IMG/VR virus record: IMGVR_UViG_3300023179_000009
Location: 394,814-458,813 of that record
DNA: 64,000 nucleotides
Direction: 5' to 3' (one strand)
The notes beneath the pieces were generated by a model. That model worked only from the letters and a program-made list of their open reading frames with translations, did no database searches and was not told the DNA's origin. Positions 49,278-58,578 of the stretch are shown here, piece by piece. Both the position numbers and the translations under genes were made by a program. Within the stretch, counting starts at the first letter, position 1. Each line of letters starts with the position of its first letter.

Positions 49278-50401
49278 TGAACATTGAAGAATTTAAAATT
49301 AAATTTAAAAAAAATTTTTATAGAGACAAAATTGACATTAATTGTGGTGTTGAAGGTTGTCATCGATTATCTCACGTAAACAAAGATTCAGCTTTTAGAA
49401 ACATAAAAAAATATGGAATTTTCAAATGCCGAAATTGTTGCTACACAGTCGATGGTAAAAAAAGAATATCAGAGGCCACTTCTTACGAACGGTCGCCCGA
49501 TACATGTGAAAAAATGTCAAAAGCCAAAAAATCTTTTTACCAAACTGAGCGGGGTCAAGAATTAAAAAACAAACTATCTTTGGCAACAGCCGAAAATCAC
49601 ACGGTTCATAAATTTGATAAATTTAAAAGAAAAGGGGTTTTTCAATCCAAGAAGACTGGAAAAAAATTGTCATATGACTCTTCTTATGAGTTATTGCTTT
49701 GTTGGATGTTAGATTCAGATGAATCTGTGGTGGATTTTGAAACTCAATTAGTATTTAAAATAAACAATAGAGGAAGGTGCTTAGATTGCCTTATCACTTA
49801 CAAAGCGGGTAATAAAAAAGCAATAGAAATGAAACCAAAAAAAAGAATAGATGAATTTAAAGAACAAATTAATGATAGTAGAGAATATGCAAATCAGAAT
49901 GGGTGGGATTTTCAATTAATGACAGAGGATGATTTGGGCATGAGCTATAAGGAGATAAAAATTTGGGCTGACGAATACAGATCCAAGACCGAAGGAGTAG
50001 ATTACTCTGCTTATAGAAGAGAAATCAATAAAAACAAGGCCAAAAAATATTATCAGTCTCGTATTGCCAACGATAAAGTCGAAGTTTATTGTGAATATTG
50101 CAAAGAAATCCACAACCCACTTCGTTTAACTTATGACAGAAATATTGTTCGTAACGGTCGATATGTTTGTGAACGAGAGGGTGGACATATAGCTGGCAGC
50201 AAACCCAAGCCGCATCTTAAAAAGACTAACCCCTATGAATCAGAAGGTAAGAAAGAATGCAATGCCTGCCAATCTGTTCTTGCTTTGGATCTGTTTAGTG
50301 CTGGTAAGAATATTTGCAAAAGTTGTAGGGCTAAGAAATATAAGGAAAAATATAAGGATAAAAAAACTTGTAATTTAGATACAAGTGTTTTTTTGTCCTA
50401 A
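49277..50401 (+). CDS. TnsA-N-like PD-(D/E)XK free-standing endonuclease with Zn-binding and NUMOD3-like modules
   Basis: YDSSYELLL...DFETQ...LDCLITY...AIEMKP; RSPDTCEKMSKAKK; several CxxC pairs. Confidence 0.7.
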   Translation: MNIEEFKIKFKKNFYRDKIDINCGVEGCHRLSHVNKDSAFRNIKKYGIFKCRNCCYTVDGKKRISEATSYERSPDTCEKMSKAKKSFYQTERGQELKNKLSLATAENHTVHKFDKFKRKGVFQSKKTGKKLSYDSSYELLLCWMLDSDESVVDFETQLVFKINNRGRCLDCLITYKAGNKKAIEMKPKKRIDEFKEQINDSREYANQNGWDFQLMTEDDLGMSYKEIKIWADEYRSKTEGVDYSAYRREINKNKAKKYYQSRIANDKVEVYCEYCKEIHNPLRLTYDRNIVRNGRYVCEREGGHIAGSKPKPHLKKTNPYESEGKKECNACQSVLALDLFSAGKNICKSCRAKKYKEKYKDKKTCNLDTSVFLS

Positions 50402-50409
50402 AATTACCA

Positions 50410-52155
50410 CTAACTTAGTTTTGAGATAGCTTCGTCATCAAACATAGAATTTTTTGCCTTCAATGCCCCCTCTCTGGGCCAATTTTTCCTAGCCTCTATT
50501 TCTTGCTTTGAAACACTCACTAAAGCTATTTTAGACTGAACATTTCCATATTTTTTTAAAAGTTCATCAAAATCTTTAGAGTATTTTTCATTTGGACCAT
50601 CAATGAAAATGGGGGCCAATATTACGTGGTGATTTTTAGTAACTAAACAATTGGCTATATTTGCTTTACGATTTCCACTAATAGTTCTTAAGAATCTTAC
50701 AGTTTTGTCTTTGGTCACTAGTCCGTATTGTTCTTTATGTTCCTTAACTTTTGGATGAGTAGAAAGCCATTTATTTATAGCTGGATATTTTTGCTTAATT
50801 TTATCACTATGATTTATTTCGCCCAAAACCGACTGGGGAACATCTATAAATTCTATAGTTCTAGCATCTATCATTTCAGGAGTTGCCCTGAAATTTGTCC
50901 CACTAATACTCGATTGAATTCTGGAAGAAATTTTTCTTTTTTTTCTTAATTCTTCTAAAGTAATTTCTCCAGCAGTATACCTTATGCAATCAACGCTTGT
51001 GTAAATGTGAACACCCGTGTGCGGTTCGGGCGTGTTCCAATAGAGTTCATTTGTTTTATATGGATAATGAGAAACTCTTAACGCAGACTGGATTACCGTG
51101 TTATAAGGAGTCTCTGAACTTCTAAAATCATGCCAAAAAAATATCAAAGGTATAAAACCTAATTCGGTTGATCTGGTGCATGTCTGATTTATCAAAAATA
51201 TTTTTTTTGGACCACCGTAGTAGTCGGACCAGCTTTTTGAAGAACTGTTCTGCCAACCCCAGTTCATGCTGTCATTTTGATCTACTGCTACAAATTTAAT
51301 ATTAAAATTTAAAAACAGCCAGTCTTGAACTTTCTTACTGTTCTTAAGAGAATTGTAATCTGGACCAATTTTTAAATTTTTATTAGCCACTCTAAGGATA
51401 GAAAAAGGCTTGTCTGATTTAGTGAATTCTTTGAGCAATGAAACTGCTTGTTGAGATGGAACTATATCTACCTCTTCATCGTAAACAAAAAAATGATCGG
51501 CTTCATGAACTAAATTATTATCCAAGTGCCACTTTGCCCCTCTGTAAAAATGGGGCGTAGGAAACTTGAAAAAATCACAGTTTTTCCCATAATTTGAATG
51601 TAAAATTTCTTCATTCGATCCAGATAGGTATCTTAAGAAGATTTTCTTTTTAGTGTTATTTTTTTCTAAATCATCTATAGTCTTACACAGTTTTTTAAAT
51701 AATTTATTCATTTTTTGTCTACAGTCTGTTCCGTAGTCACTTTCATCTAAAAATATAAAAATCATATTGTTCTCTGATTGGTACAATTTTTTAATATGAT
51801 TTAAAATTTCTTTTTCTTTTCTTGCGACAAAACACTCTATTCCATATTCTCTCATTTCTTTGTGTTGCTCTTTATTGTCTTTTCGATCCAAGCTAGTGAT
51901 CATTATAAAATTAAGATCTATATTTGACGCTATTTTTTGCCTGAGGCATTCGATTATTTTAAATTCTCTTTTGCCAACTTTTGGCTCAGCATCGATAATA
52001 ACCCTTGAGCAATTTTCATATTTTTTAACAAAATCAACATGCTCAAGTCTATTTTCTTCGAAAAACTTGTAGCTTCTTATCCCTTTGGCATGTTCGTTGT
52101 CCGATTTTAAAGTCTTTAGGCCGGGAATGTGGTATTTAAAACTAGTATTTTGCAT
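50410..52155 (-). CDS. Divergent SF2 helicase-like P-loop protein
   Basis: AEPKVGKR (Walker A-like), IFLDESDYG (Walker B), YLSGS, TVIQSALR. Confidence 0.5.
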   Translation of the reverse strand: MQNTSFKYHIPGLKTLKSDNEHAKGIRSYKFFEENRLEHVDFVKKYENCSRVIIDAEPKVGKREFKIIECLRQKIASNIDLNFIMITSLDRKDNKEQHKEMREYGIECFVARKEKEILNHIKKLYQSENNMIFIFLDESDYGTDCRQKMNKLFKKLCKTIDDLEKNNTKKKIFLRYLSGSNEEILHSNYGKNCDFFKFPTPHFYRGAKWHLDNNLVHEADHFFVYDEEVDIVPSQQAVSLLKEFTKSDKPFSILRVANKNLKIGPDYNSLKNSKKVQDWLFLNFNIKFVAVDQNDSMNWGWQNSSSKSWSDYYGGPKKIFLINQTCTRSTELGFIPLIFFWHDFRSSETPYNTVIQSALRVSHYPYKTNELYWNTPEPHTGVHIYTSVDCIRYTAGEITLEELRKKRKISSRIQSSISGTNFRATPEMIDARTIEFIDVPQSVLGEINHSDKIKQKYPAINKWLSTHPKVKEHKEQYGLVTKDKTVRFLRTISGNRKANIANCLVTKNHHVILAPIFIDGPNEKYSKDFDELLKKYGNVQSKIALVSVSKQEIEARKNWPREGALKAKNSMFDDEAISKLS

Positions 52156-52251
52156 TTTTGCACCTTTCGAATCAAAACTCGAACTCGTTTAGTGCATTGT
52201 ACAAAACTTAGAAAAAAATTCAAGACAAGTCATTTTTAAGTTCAAACTTCC

Positions 52252-52656
52252 CTATTCCCCCAACTCAACCCCTTTAACGTCTTTATTTTTGCGCAACCAT
52301 TCGAGGAACGAGTTGACGTTTCTTCTTAATGACATTTTAACTTCATAAGTGTCGTTTTCTGTTTGTTTGACGCTCAAGACACGCCCGCCGCCGACTGACA
52401 CGATACCTGCGATAAAGTCTGGGTTAACATCACTGGCGGCAATAACGACAGTGATGTCTTTTGGTGATAATGATACTATTCCAACACCGGCAACTCCCAA
52501 AAACACGCAAAATGCTGCGGCCCATACAATACGTTGAGGCCATTTGCTTCTTGGGGTAACGATTTGGCCCATGCCCACAACAGGTGAGTTTTCTTGACTA
52601 TTTCTATGATTTTTTAAGTATTCTGGTAGATCTTGTAGGGGCATTGGGTCGTTCAT
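52252..52656 (-). CDS. Single-pass membrane protein
   Basis: WAAAFCVFLGVAGVGIV hydrophobic helix followed by a small ferredoxin-like domain. Confidence 0.55.
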   Translation of the reverse strand: MNDPMPLQDLPEYLKNHRNSQENSPVVGMGQIVTPRSKWPQRIVWAAAFCVFLGVAGVGIVSLSPKDITVVIAASDVNPDFIAGIVSVGGGRVLSVKQTENDTYEVKMSLRRNVNSFLEWLRKNKDVKGVELGE

Positions 52657-52706
52657 GGTAATCCTTTTGCTTATTATAATTTATTTATTAAAATAATCAC
52701 AAAACT

Positions 52707-52714
52707 TATAAATA
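52707..52714 (+). promoter_or_regulatory. T4-type late promoter box TATAAATA
   Basis: Exact match about 20 nt upstream of the three-gene CTS operon. Confidence 0.45.
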
Positions 52715-52733
52715 CTATTAAATTGAGGGATTT

Positions 52734-53123
52734 ATGAAAACATTTCAAGAGTGGTTGAACGAAAATCGATACCGTGATACTTATTCGCCAGCTTATGGTG
52801 GCGGCAACATAGAGCAACTGGCCAAATCAAGAACCAGTGGCCTTTCCTACGGCGGAAGATCGTTGGCCAATTGGAGTGCTGTTAATGCGGATCGGAATAA
52901 AATAAAAAAAGAAATGAGTGTGGACCAACTATCACGTGATGAGAATGGCGTTCCTACATTGAGTACGGACACAGTGAGAAGGATACAGGATCTTTTGGAT
53001 CGTAAAGGTCTCACCATTTCAAAAGAGTCACCAAATAGATTTGCTGTATTAGACGATGAGGGCAACGTAGTGTTTCATAGCAACGGTTGGTCTGATATTG
53101 AAAAAACCCTCCAGCAGATTTGA
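52734..53123 (+). CDS. Hypothetical protein with CTS-like N-terminus
   Basis: Begins MKTFQEWLNE. Confidence 0.65.
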   Translation: MKTFQEWLNENRYRDTYSPAYGGGNIEQLAKSRTSGLSYGGRSLANWSAVNADRNKIKKEMSVDQLSRDENGVPTLSTDTVRRIQDLLDRKGLTISKESPNRFAVLDDEGNVVFHSNGWSDIEKTLQQI

Positions 53124-53132
53124 TATGATTTT

Positions 53133-53966
53133 ATGAAAACATTCCAGCGATTTTTTCTAACTGAGGAAAATTTTGAGCAATTTCAAAATTATCTTAGAAA
53201 TACCGGCATGACATTTGAGCAATTGCTGCAAAAATTACGTTCTGGTCGTCCTGATGGTGTGGGTGGCAATGCTAAATTTTATCGAATACCCGGAACAGAG
53301 TTTGGCGTTCGGGAAGTGAGTTCTTCTTGGGGCGTGCGTGACACATCGCATCCAAAACTCGTGGCTGCTCATGATCCTTTTGATGGGGAAAACTTTGGCC
53401 AACCTGTGGCTCATTATGGAAACAATGTACAGGTATTACGACTTCAGCATGGTTCACCTGCTGGCAAGCCGTATGGAATTAATAAAAAAGATGCTCAAGC
53501 CGATGATCGTGCGGTTCAGGCTTATAGGCAGAGAATTTTTGATGCTGCAAATCTTTCAGACGGTGCCTATGAGCGTTTGATGATGCAAATTATAAAATTA
53601 AATGAAAAAGGATACAAAGTAGATTCAAGCAAATCAGGTAATTTACTGATCGATCCACGCTCTGATAGATTTAATATTGTGGATTTAAATCCATTACAAG
53701 ATGAAAAACACAATAACAACGGCGGAGATATTATACTCATGCTTGTTGATAATTTTTTCTTTGAAAAGCATGAGTTTTATAATGACCCGGAGATAGCGAA
53801 GGCTGGTCAAGAAATCATTAAAAAGGTCGAAAGAGCATGCAATAAAACAGGACTGTCTTTGGGCGATAACGGCAGTGCTGATTATTCACGTGAATTGACC
53901 AGTGGAAATTATAAACCTTACGTAGCACCTCCTGATTCTGGAATCAAAGTAAACGATGTTTGGTGA
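53133..53966 (+). CDS. Protein-kinase-like fold protein with CTS-like N-terminus
   Basis: Begins MKTFQRFFLTEE; Gly-loop GVGGNAKFY, catalytic-loop-like VDSSKSGNLLID, DFG-like IVDLN. Confidence 0.55.
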   Translation: MKTFQRFFLTEENFEQFQNYLRNTGMTFEQLLQKLRSGRPDGVGGNAKFYRIPGTEFGVREVSSSWGVRDTSHPKLVAAHDPFDGENFGQPVAHYGNNVQVLRLQHGSPAGKPYGINKKDAQADDRAVQAYRQRIFDAANLSDGAYERLMMQIIKLNEKGYKVDSSKSGNLLIDPRSDRFNIVDLNPLQDEKHNNNGGDIILMLVDNFFFEKHEFYNDPEIAKAGQEIIKKVERACNKTGLSLGDNGSADYSRELTSGNYKPYVAPPDSGIKVNDVW

Positions 53967-53972
53967 TAAACA

Positions 53973-55400
53973 ATGAAAACATTCTTAAATTGGCTCAAAA
54001 ACAAAATAAACGAAAATCAAGATCCTAAAACTATTCGTGATTTAGGGATCGATGGTGTTCCTGATGGTGTGAAAAAACAAATTGATATTTTTTCAAGCGA
54101 TGATTGGCTGCGTGCCATCGATGCTGGGCGAGAATATCAAATGATAAAATTTGCCGATGTTAAGTTTGATTCAATTGAAAAATATTATGCAAACTTAGAT
54201 CAATCAATAAATACTATTCGTGATATAAAAACTTTAAAAATTGGTCAAAAAATTGCAGATTACGCAATCAGAAAAACTCCGTATTGGGTGGTTACGGGCG
54301 TTGATGAGACTAGAAACGTTGTTTACCTTGACCCAATTAAGCCCAATCCATATGTTCCAGATGCTTCTGGAAAGATGGTTGGTGCTGGGGGGCATGAATT
54401 TACAGCACATGATTTTGATGTGATGAGCGGCGAATATGAATCAAGAAAAATTGATCAATTACTCGATATAATCAATTCAAAAAACTATCATGATCCAAGA
54501 GATGTCGCATATATCCTTTTGGGCACAGTGCCGGTGCAATCTGGCCCTAATGGATCTCAAGGGGGTTGGTATAACGTATTTGATAGGCACAATAGGGGCA
54601 GTTTGAAATCAATGACTATTGAGCAAATTATACAAAAAGATGCACAAACTTTAAAAAAACTTGGATTTTCGGTGCCTGCTAAATCTTTAAATGGAACAAT
54701 TAAACCAGATGCTTGGAATGCATATGTTGAGGGAGGATATGTTCCTCGTGGTCAAGAGCAAGAATCGCAACTAGAAGAAGAAGATTTCCAAGATGCTCAA
54801 ACTATGGCAAAAATTATTTTAACTCACAGCCAACCTCAAATTCGTGAAAGAAATGCCGATCTGTTAATAAAAATGTATTCCGATAACCCAGACGGGTTTG
54901 AACCTTTGATCCGGGATGTGTCGATGAAACTTGCTGCCCAACCACAATTCGGTAAAGATTTTGATCGCAATTACAATGTTAAAGGAAAATTTATTTGGCT
55001 TGCTTGGCACAACAAATGGCAAGATATTTTGGATGCTTTCCAAGACAGCCCAGAACCTGACAACAGACGTTATGTTTCACATGGATACAAAGAATCAGGT
55101 AATGTTAATGGAATTATTGAAATGATTAAAAAAGAAACTAGTTCTGAGGCTGTGGGATCGATGTTGAACGATTTATGGAGCATGAAGTTTGAAGGAAAAA
55201 TTCCTTATTTCACTTCGGCTGAAGAGAAGGTTTCTATTTATAAAAAACTTTTTGAAGAAGATGCTGAGTCTAAGGATGTGGTAATATTCTTTTGTTCAAA
55301 CAAAGACAAAATTAAAAAAGTTATAGATAATCACGAATACCACAAAAAAGATGGTGGTATCATTTTTGATAGATTTAGCAAGTTGTGTGAGTTGGTTTAA
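53973..55400 (+). CDS. Hypothetical protein with CTS-like N-terminus
   Basis: Begins MKTFLNWLKNKINE; helical C-terminal half. Confidence 0.65.
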   Translation: MKTFLNWLKNKINENQDPKTIRDLGIDGVPDGVKKQIDIFSSDDWLRAIDAGREYQMIKFADVKFDSIEKYYANLDQSINTIRDIKTLKIGQKIADYAIRKTPYWVVTGVDETRNVVYLDPIKPNPYVPDASGKMVGAGGHEFTAHDFDVMSGEYESRKIDQLLDIINSKNYHDPRDVAYILLGTVPVQSGPNGSQGGWYNVFDRHNRGSLKSMTIEQIIQKDAQTLKKLGFSVPAKSLNGTIKPDAWNAYVEGGYVPRGQEQESQLEEEDFQDAQTMAKIILTHSQPQIRERNADLLIKMYSDNPDGFEPLIRDVSMKLAAQPQFGKDFDRNYNVKGKFIWLAWHNKWQDILDAFQDSPEPDNRRYVSHGYKESGNVNGIIEMIKKETSSEAVGSMLNDLWSMKFEGKIPYFTSAEEKVSIYKKLFEEDAESKDVVIFFCSNKDKIKKVIDNHEYHKKDGGIIFDRFSKLCELV

Positions 55401-55453
55401 TAAACATAAATACAAATGATCAGGATGGTCATTTTAAACGTCACGGAGGGCGT

Positions 55454-56134
55454 ATGTTGCATGAGTTATTGTACAATGATCGTGCTGCTGGTTTTTGTGA
55501 TCGTTTTGTTCACTTATTTGTGCTGCTAGATATCGCACGCCAAAATCAAAAATCTCTTCATTGCTTTTGGCGTAAAAACTATGCTTGCAGAGGTCATTTT
55601 TTAGATGTTTTTGAACCAATTGAAGATGTAATATTTCTAAATTATCCATTAAATATAACCAAGTTCAAAAAAGTTCCTTGGAAAAATATCTATAAAATAA
55701 ATTTTTGGAAAGATTTGGTGTTAAAAAAATCTATAGAAAAAGAAATATATGATTTTAAAAAATTTTTAAATTTTGATTATATCGCCGTGCATGTGAGAAG
55801 AACTGATAAAATGGACCCCAAGTTGAAAATTAAAAATGTAACAACAGATGAACAATTTTTTAAATTTATTGACGACAACAAAAAGAATAAAAAGATATTT
55901 TTGGCCACAGATAATTCTGATACACAAAAAAATTTCAAAAAAAGATACGGCAATGATTTAGTGTTTTATTCTAACATAATTGATGTTAAAGGAAACACAA
56001 GAAACACAAGTTTCGCACACAGCATTATTGATTTTTATCTTTGTATAAATAGTCAAAACTTTCTAGGAAGTCATTATTCTTGGTGGTATTTTTTTATAAA
56101 TAAAATTAGAGAAAACAGGTTTAAAAATTTATAG
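55454..56134 (+). CDS. O-fucosyltransferase/NodZ-like glycosyltransferase
   Basis: IAVHVRRTD, IFLATD, DFYLC...FLGSHYS motifs of GDP-fucose-using GT-B enzymes. Confidence 0.7.
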   Translation: MLHELLYNDRAAGFCDRFVHLFVLLDIARQNQKSLHCFWRKNYACRGHFLDVFEPIEDVIFLNYPLNITKFKKVPWKNIYKINFWKDLVLKKSIEKEIYDFKKFLNFDYIAVHVRRTDKMDPKLKIKNVTTDEQFFKFIDDNKKNKKIFLATDNSDTQKNFKKRYGNDLVFYSNIIDVKGNTRNTSFAHSIIDFYLCINSQNFLGSHYSWWYFFINKIRENRFKNL

Positions 56135-56152
56135 CCAGCACTCCTTTAAAGT

Positions 56153-56704
56153 GTGAGTTGCCCAAAAGAAAAATACTTCAAAGATATTGACCACAAAAAA
56201 GTTTTGGAATACATGTTTGATCAATCATGTGCTTCCTCTTTTGCAAAAGGATCAATTGTCGAATTAAACTTTATAGATCAACTGAAAGCCAATGGCTACC
56301 AGTTAAACAAAATTAAAGATCATGATAAATCTAAAAGATATGATTTTTTAGCAAGCAAAAATAATAAAAAAATTACCTTTGAAGTAAAAACAATAAAAGA
56401 AAGTTTGTCGGTCGATGTCGGATATAAAGACCCTAGAAAAATCACCCTTCCATCGGGGCAAGTGTGGTCCACAAGAAGTCGCCATATTAATGAGCGATTT
56501 GACTTTTTAGCGGTGTGCCTAGTTAATTGCGACAAATTTACAATAAAAGACTTTATTTACATTCCATTTGAAGAAATCCCCAAAATCAAAAAAAGAAAAT
56601 TTACAAAAGAAGATCGTGATTTTATTGAATCAAACTATCTTGCTTTGAGTTTTAGTTTGAAAAAATGCGAATTTAAAAATGTAAATAAGTTATGCTTTTC
56701 GTAA
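56153..56704 (+). CDS. Restriction-endonuclease-like PD-(D/E)XK protein
   Basis: ELNFIDQL...RYDFLA...TFEVKT. Confidence 0.55.
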   Translation: MSCPKEKYFKDIDHKKVLEYMFDQSCASSFAKGSIVELNFIDQLKANGYQLNKIKDHDKSKRYDFLASKNNKKITFEVKTIKESLSVDVGYKDPRKITLPSGQVWSTRSRHINERFDFLAVCLVNCDKFTIKDFIYIPFEEIPKIKKRKFTKEDRDFIESNYLALSFSLKKCEFKNVNKLCFS

Positions 56705-57426
56705 ACTCTGATTGTGATAAAAAAGTTTTTATTGTTGGGGTTGGTAGATCTGGAACTTCTCAACTAGCAAAAATTTTTATAAGCCACCCTTCTTTAAAAG
56801 GCTTATCTTTTGAAACATTTCGTTTAAATTCAAAAAACTTAGACTTAAGCATAGCCACAGAGCATCAAATAAATTTATACTTTAGGTATATGTTTGAACG
56901 GTACGATGTTTTTAAAGAGATTATAATTAATGACAAACACAACAACGCTGTAAGAAATTATTTTTTTTCCACAAATATTAATAAAATTGTAATTTACAGA
57001 AAAAACAAATTAAAACAAGCTATTTCACATGTTTTTTCGAGGACTTCACAAATGTGGCACCCTACGGAAAAAGACCGAGATGTTTACAACAAAGAAATAG
57101 ATGGCATTAGAATTTCTTTAAATGAAGTTCGAAGTACCTTAAATTATATTAATTTTCAATATAAACTTTTATTTAAAGAGTTGAAAGAAAAAAAATATTT
57201 TTTAGTTGTTTATGAAGATCTTTTTTTTGACAATGTTGAAAATCAAAAATTGTTACTAAAAAATATGTTTAACTTTTGTAATTTAAAATTTGATGAAAAT
57301 CAAAAAATTATGAATTTATTATCGAATGGTAGAATTAATTCAAATGAAACTTATAAGAAAATAATCAACCATCAAGAAATCGAAGATGCTTTTGGTAATA
57401 AAGAAAACGGATTTTTGTTCGACTAA
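56692..57426 (+). CDS. Sulfotransferase (Stf0-like)
   Basis: 5'-PSB FIVGVGRSGTSQL, 3'-PB IYRKNKLKQAIS, VVYEDL. Confidence 0.8.
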   Translation: MLFVNSDCDKKVFIVGVGRSGTSQLAKIFISHPSLKGLSFETFRLNSKNLDLSIATEHQINLYFRYMFERYDVFKEIIINDKHNNAVRNYFFSTNINKIVIYRKNKLKQAISHVFSRTSQMWHPTEKDRDVYNKEIDGIRISLNEVRSTLNYINFQYKLLFKELKEKKYFLVVYEDLFFDNVENQKLLLKNMFNFCNLKFDENQKIMNLLSNGRINSNETYKKIINHQEIEDAFGNKENGFLFD

Positions 57427-57427
57427 A

Positions 57428-57640
57428 TTATTTTTCTTTTTTTTGCTGGGTTTTTTTCCAATCTTCCCATTTTGTGTTTGCCGCCGAGACTCTTGTTTCA
57501 AAAGTTTTTTTCTTCGATTTATACTCTTCAAACATCTTTTTAAATTCTTCTTCGACAACTTTTTTTTCTTCATGTATAGAAGCTATTTCTTTTGAAAAAG
57601 CAACAAACTCGTCTGTTAGAAGTAACTCTGCTTCGCTCAT
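57428..57640 (-). CDS. Small coiled-coil protein
   Basis: 70-aa K/E-rich ORF with AGGA SD. Confidence 0.55.
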   Translation of the reverse strand: MSEAELLLTDEFVAFSKEIASIHEEKKVVEEEFKKMFEEYKSKKKTFETRVSAANTKWEDWKKTQQKKEK

Positions 57641-57714
57641 ATTTTTTCCTTTAAAAAGAACAAATTATAATAGTAATAATTGTAGATATTTTACACCAAA
57701 ATATTGGAAACATT

Positions 57715-58167
57715 ATGCTTAACGAAAAAGACAAAAGTTGGTTTTGGAATGTGTTTGGCGGAGCCATGATGAGTGTGGTTTTTGTGTTGTTTTTATCACA
57801 CATCAATAACATCAACAATAATATTGATAAAAGTTTTCTTTCTTTAAAGACAGAAATAAAAGAACTATCTGTGGTGTTGGATTCTCAAAAAGAAAGAATT
57901 GTTGGTTTAGAGAAAAATCGTGAAATTGATAAAGAAAAAGATTGTTCATTAGAAAACAATCTTAAAAATTTAGAAAATTTGTTAAATGAAAATAAACAAA
58001 AATTGTTAGTTTGTGAAACTCAAATATTATCAATGAAAGAAGAAATCAAAATAATATCTGAGGCCAACAAAGATTATTTAAAACAGATACAGACTTTAAA
58101 AGAAAAACTAGCCGCCGATGAGGCAACAAAAAAAGCAAAACAAGAATCTACAAACCTAAATCCTTGA
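57715..58167 (+). CDS. Membrane-anchored coiled-coil protein
   Basis: N-terminal TM helix followed by a long coiled coil (inner-spanin-like architecture, unproven). Confidence 0.5.
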   Translation: MLNEKDKSWFWNVFGGAMMSVVFVLFLSHINNINNNIDKSFLSLKTEIKELSVVLDSQKERIVGLEKNREIDKEKDCSLENNLKNLENLLNENKQKLLVCETQILSMKEEIKIISEANKDYLKQIQTLKEKLAADEATKKAKQESTNLNP

Positions 58168-58414
58168 GTTTGTCCTTCTTCTTTTTCTTGATTTTCTTTT
58201 TCTTGTGTTTCTTTGATGCTTTTTTTATCTCGGGATTTAACAAATCTGGGTGAACATCACTGTGCGTTGTTGCAAATGCATTTAAATGTCCAGCAACACT
58301 CGGAGCAAAAGCAAGAGGAGGAAGTTGTCCGCTTCCGTAGAGTGGCGGATATATTCCCAGTGCTGTGCGTTTGCCACGTTCATTTAGCCATTGTGTGAAT
58401 GATTGCAAAGCCAT
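58148..58414 (-). CDS. Small basic protein with CTS-like N-terminus
   Basis: Begins MALQSFTQWLNE; Lys-rich C-terminus. Confidence 0.55.
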   Translation of the reverse strand: MALQSFTQWLNERGKRTALGIYPPLYGSGQLPPLAFAPSVAGHLNAFATTHSDVHPDLLNPEIKKASKKHKKKKIKKKKKDKLKDLGL

Positions 58415-58578
58415 TATGTGTTTCCTTTTTTGTGATCCAAGTCTAAAAGCAACATATTTTTGTCAAATTCTTCTTTTGTAATTAGCTCTGCTGCTAACAT
58501 TTTTTCAAGTTTATTTTTTCTTTTTTCGTAATCTTCCTGGGTCATTTCTTCAAAGACCCAATTTTTAAAATCTTTCAT
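58414..58578 (-). CDS. 54-aa protein, not in the ORF track, with CTS-like start and SHOCT-like helix
   Basis: Hand translation MKDFKNWVFEEMTQEDYEKRKNKLEKMLAAELITKEEFDKNMLLLDLDHKKGNT; ATGA and TAATG coupling to both neighbours; AAGGTG SD. Confidence 0.7.
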   Translation of the reverse strand: MKDFKNWVFEEMTQEDYEKRKNKLEKMLAAELITKEEFDKNMLLLDLDHKKGNT

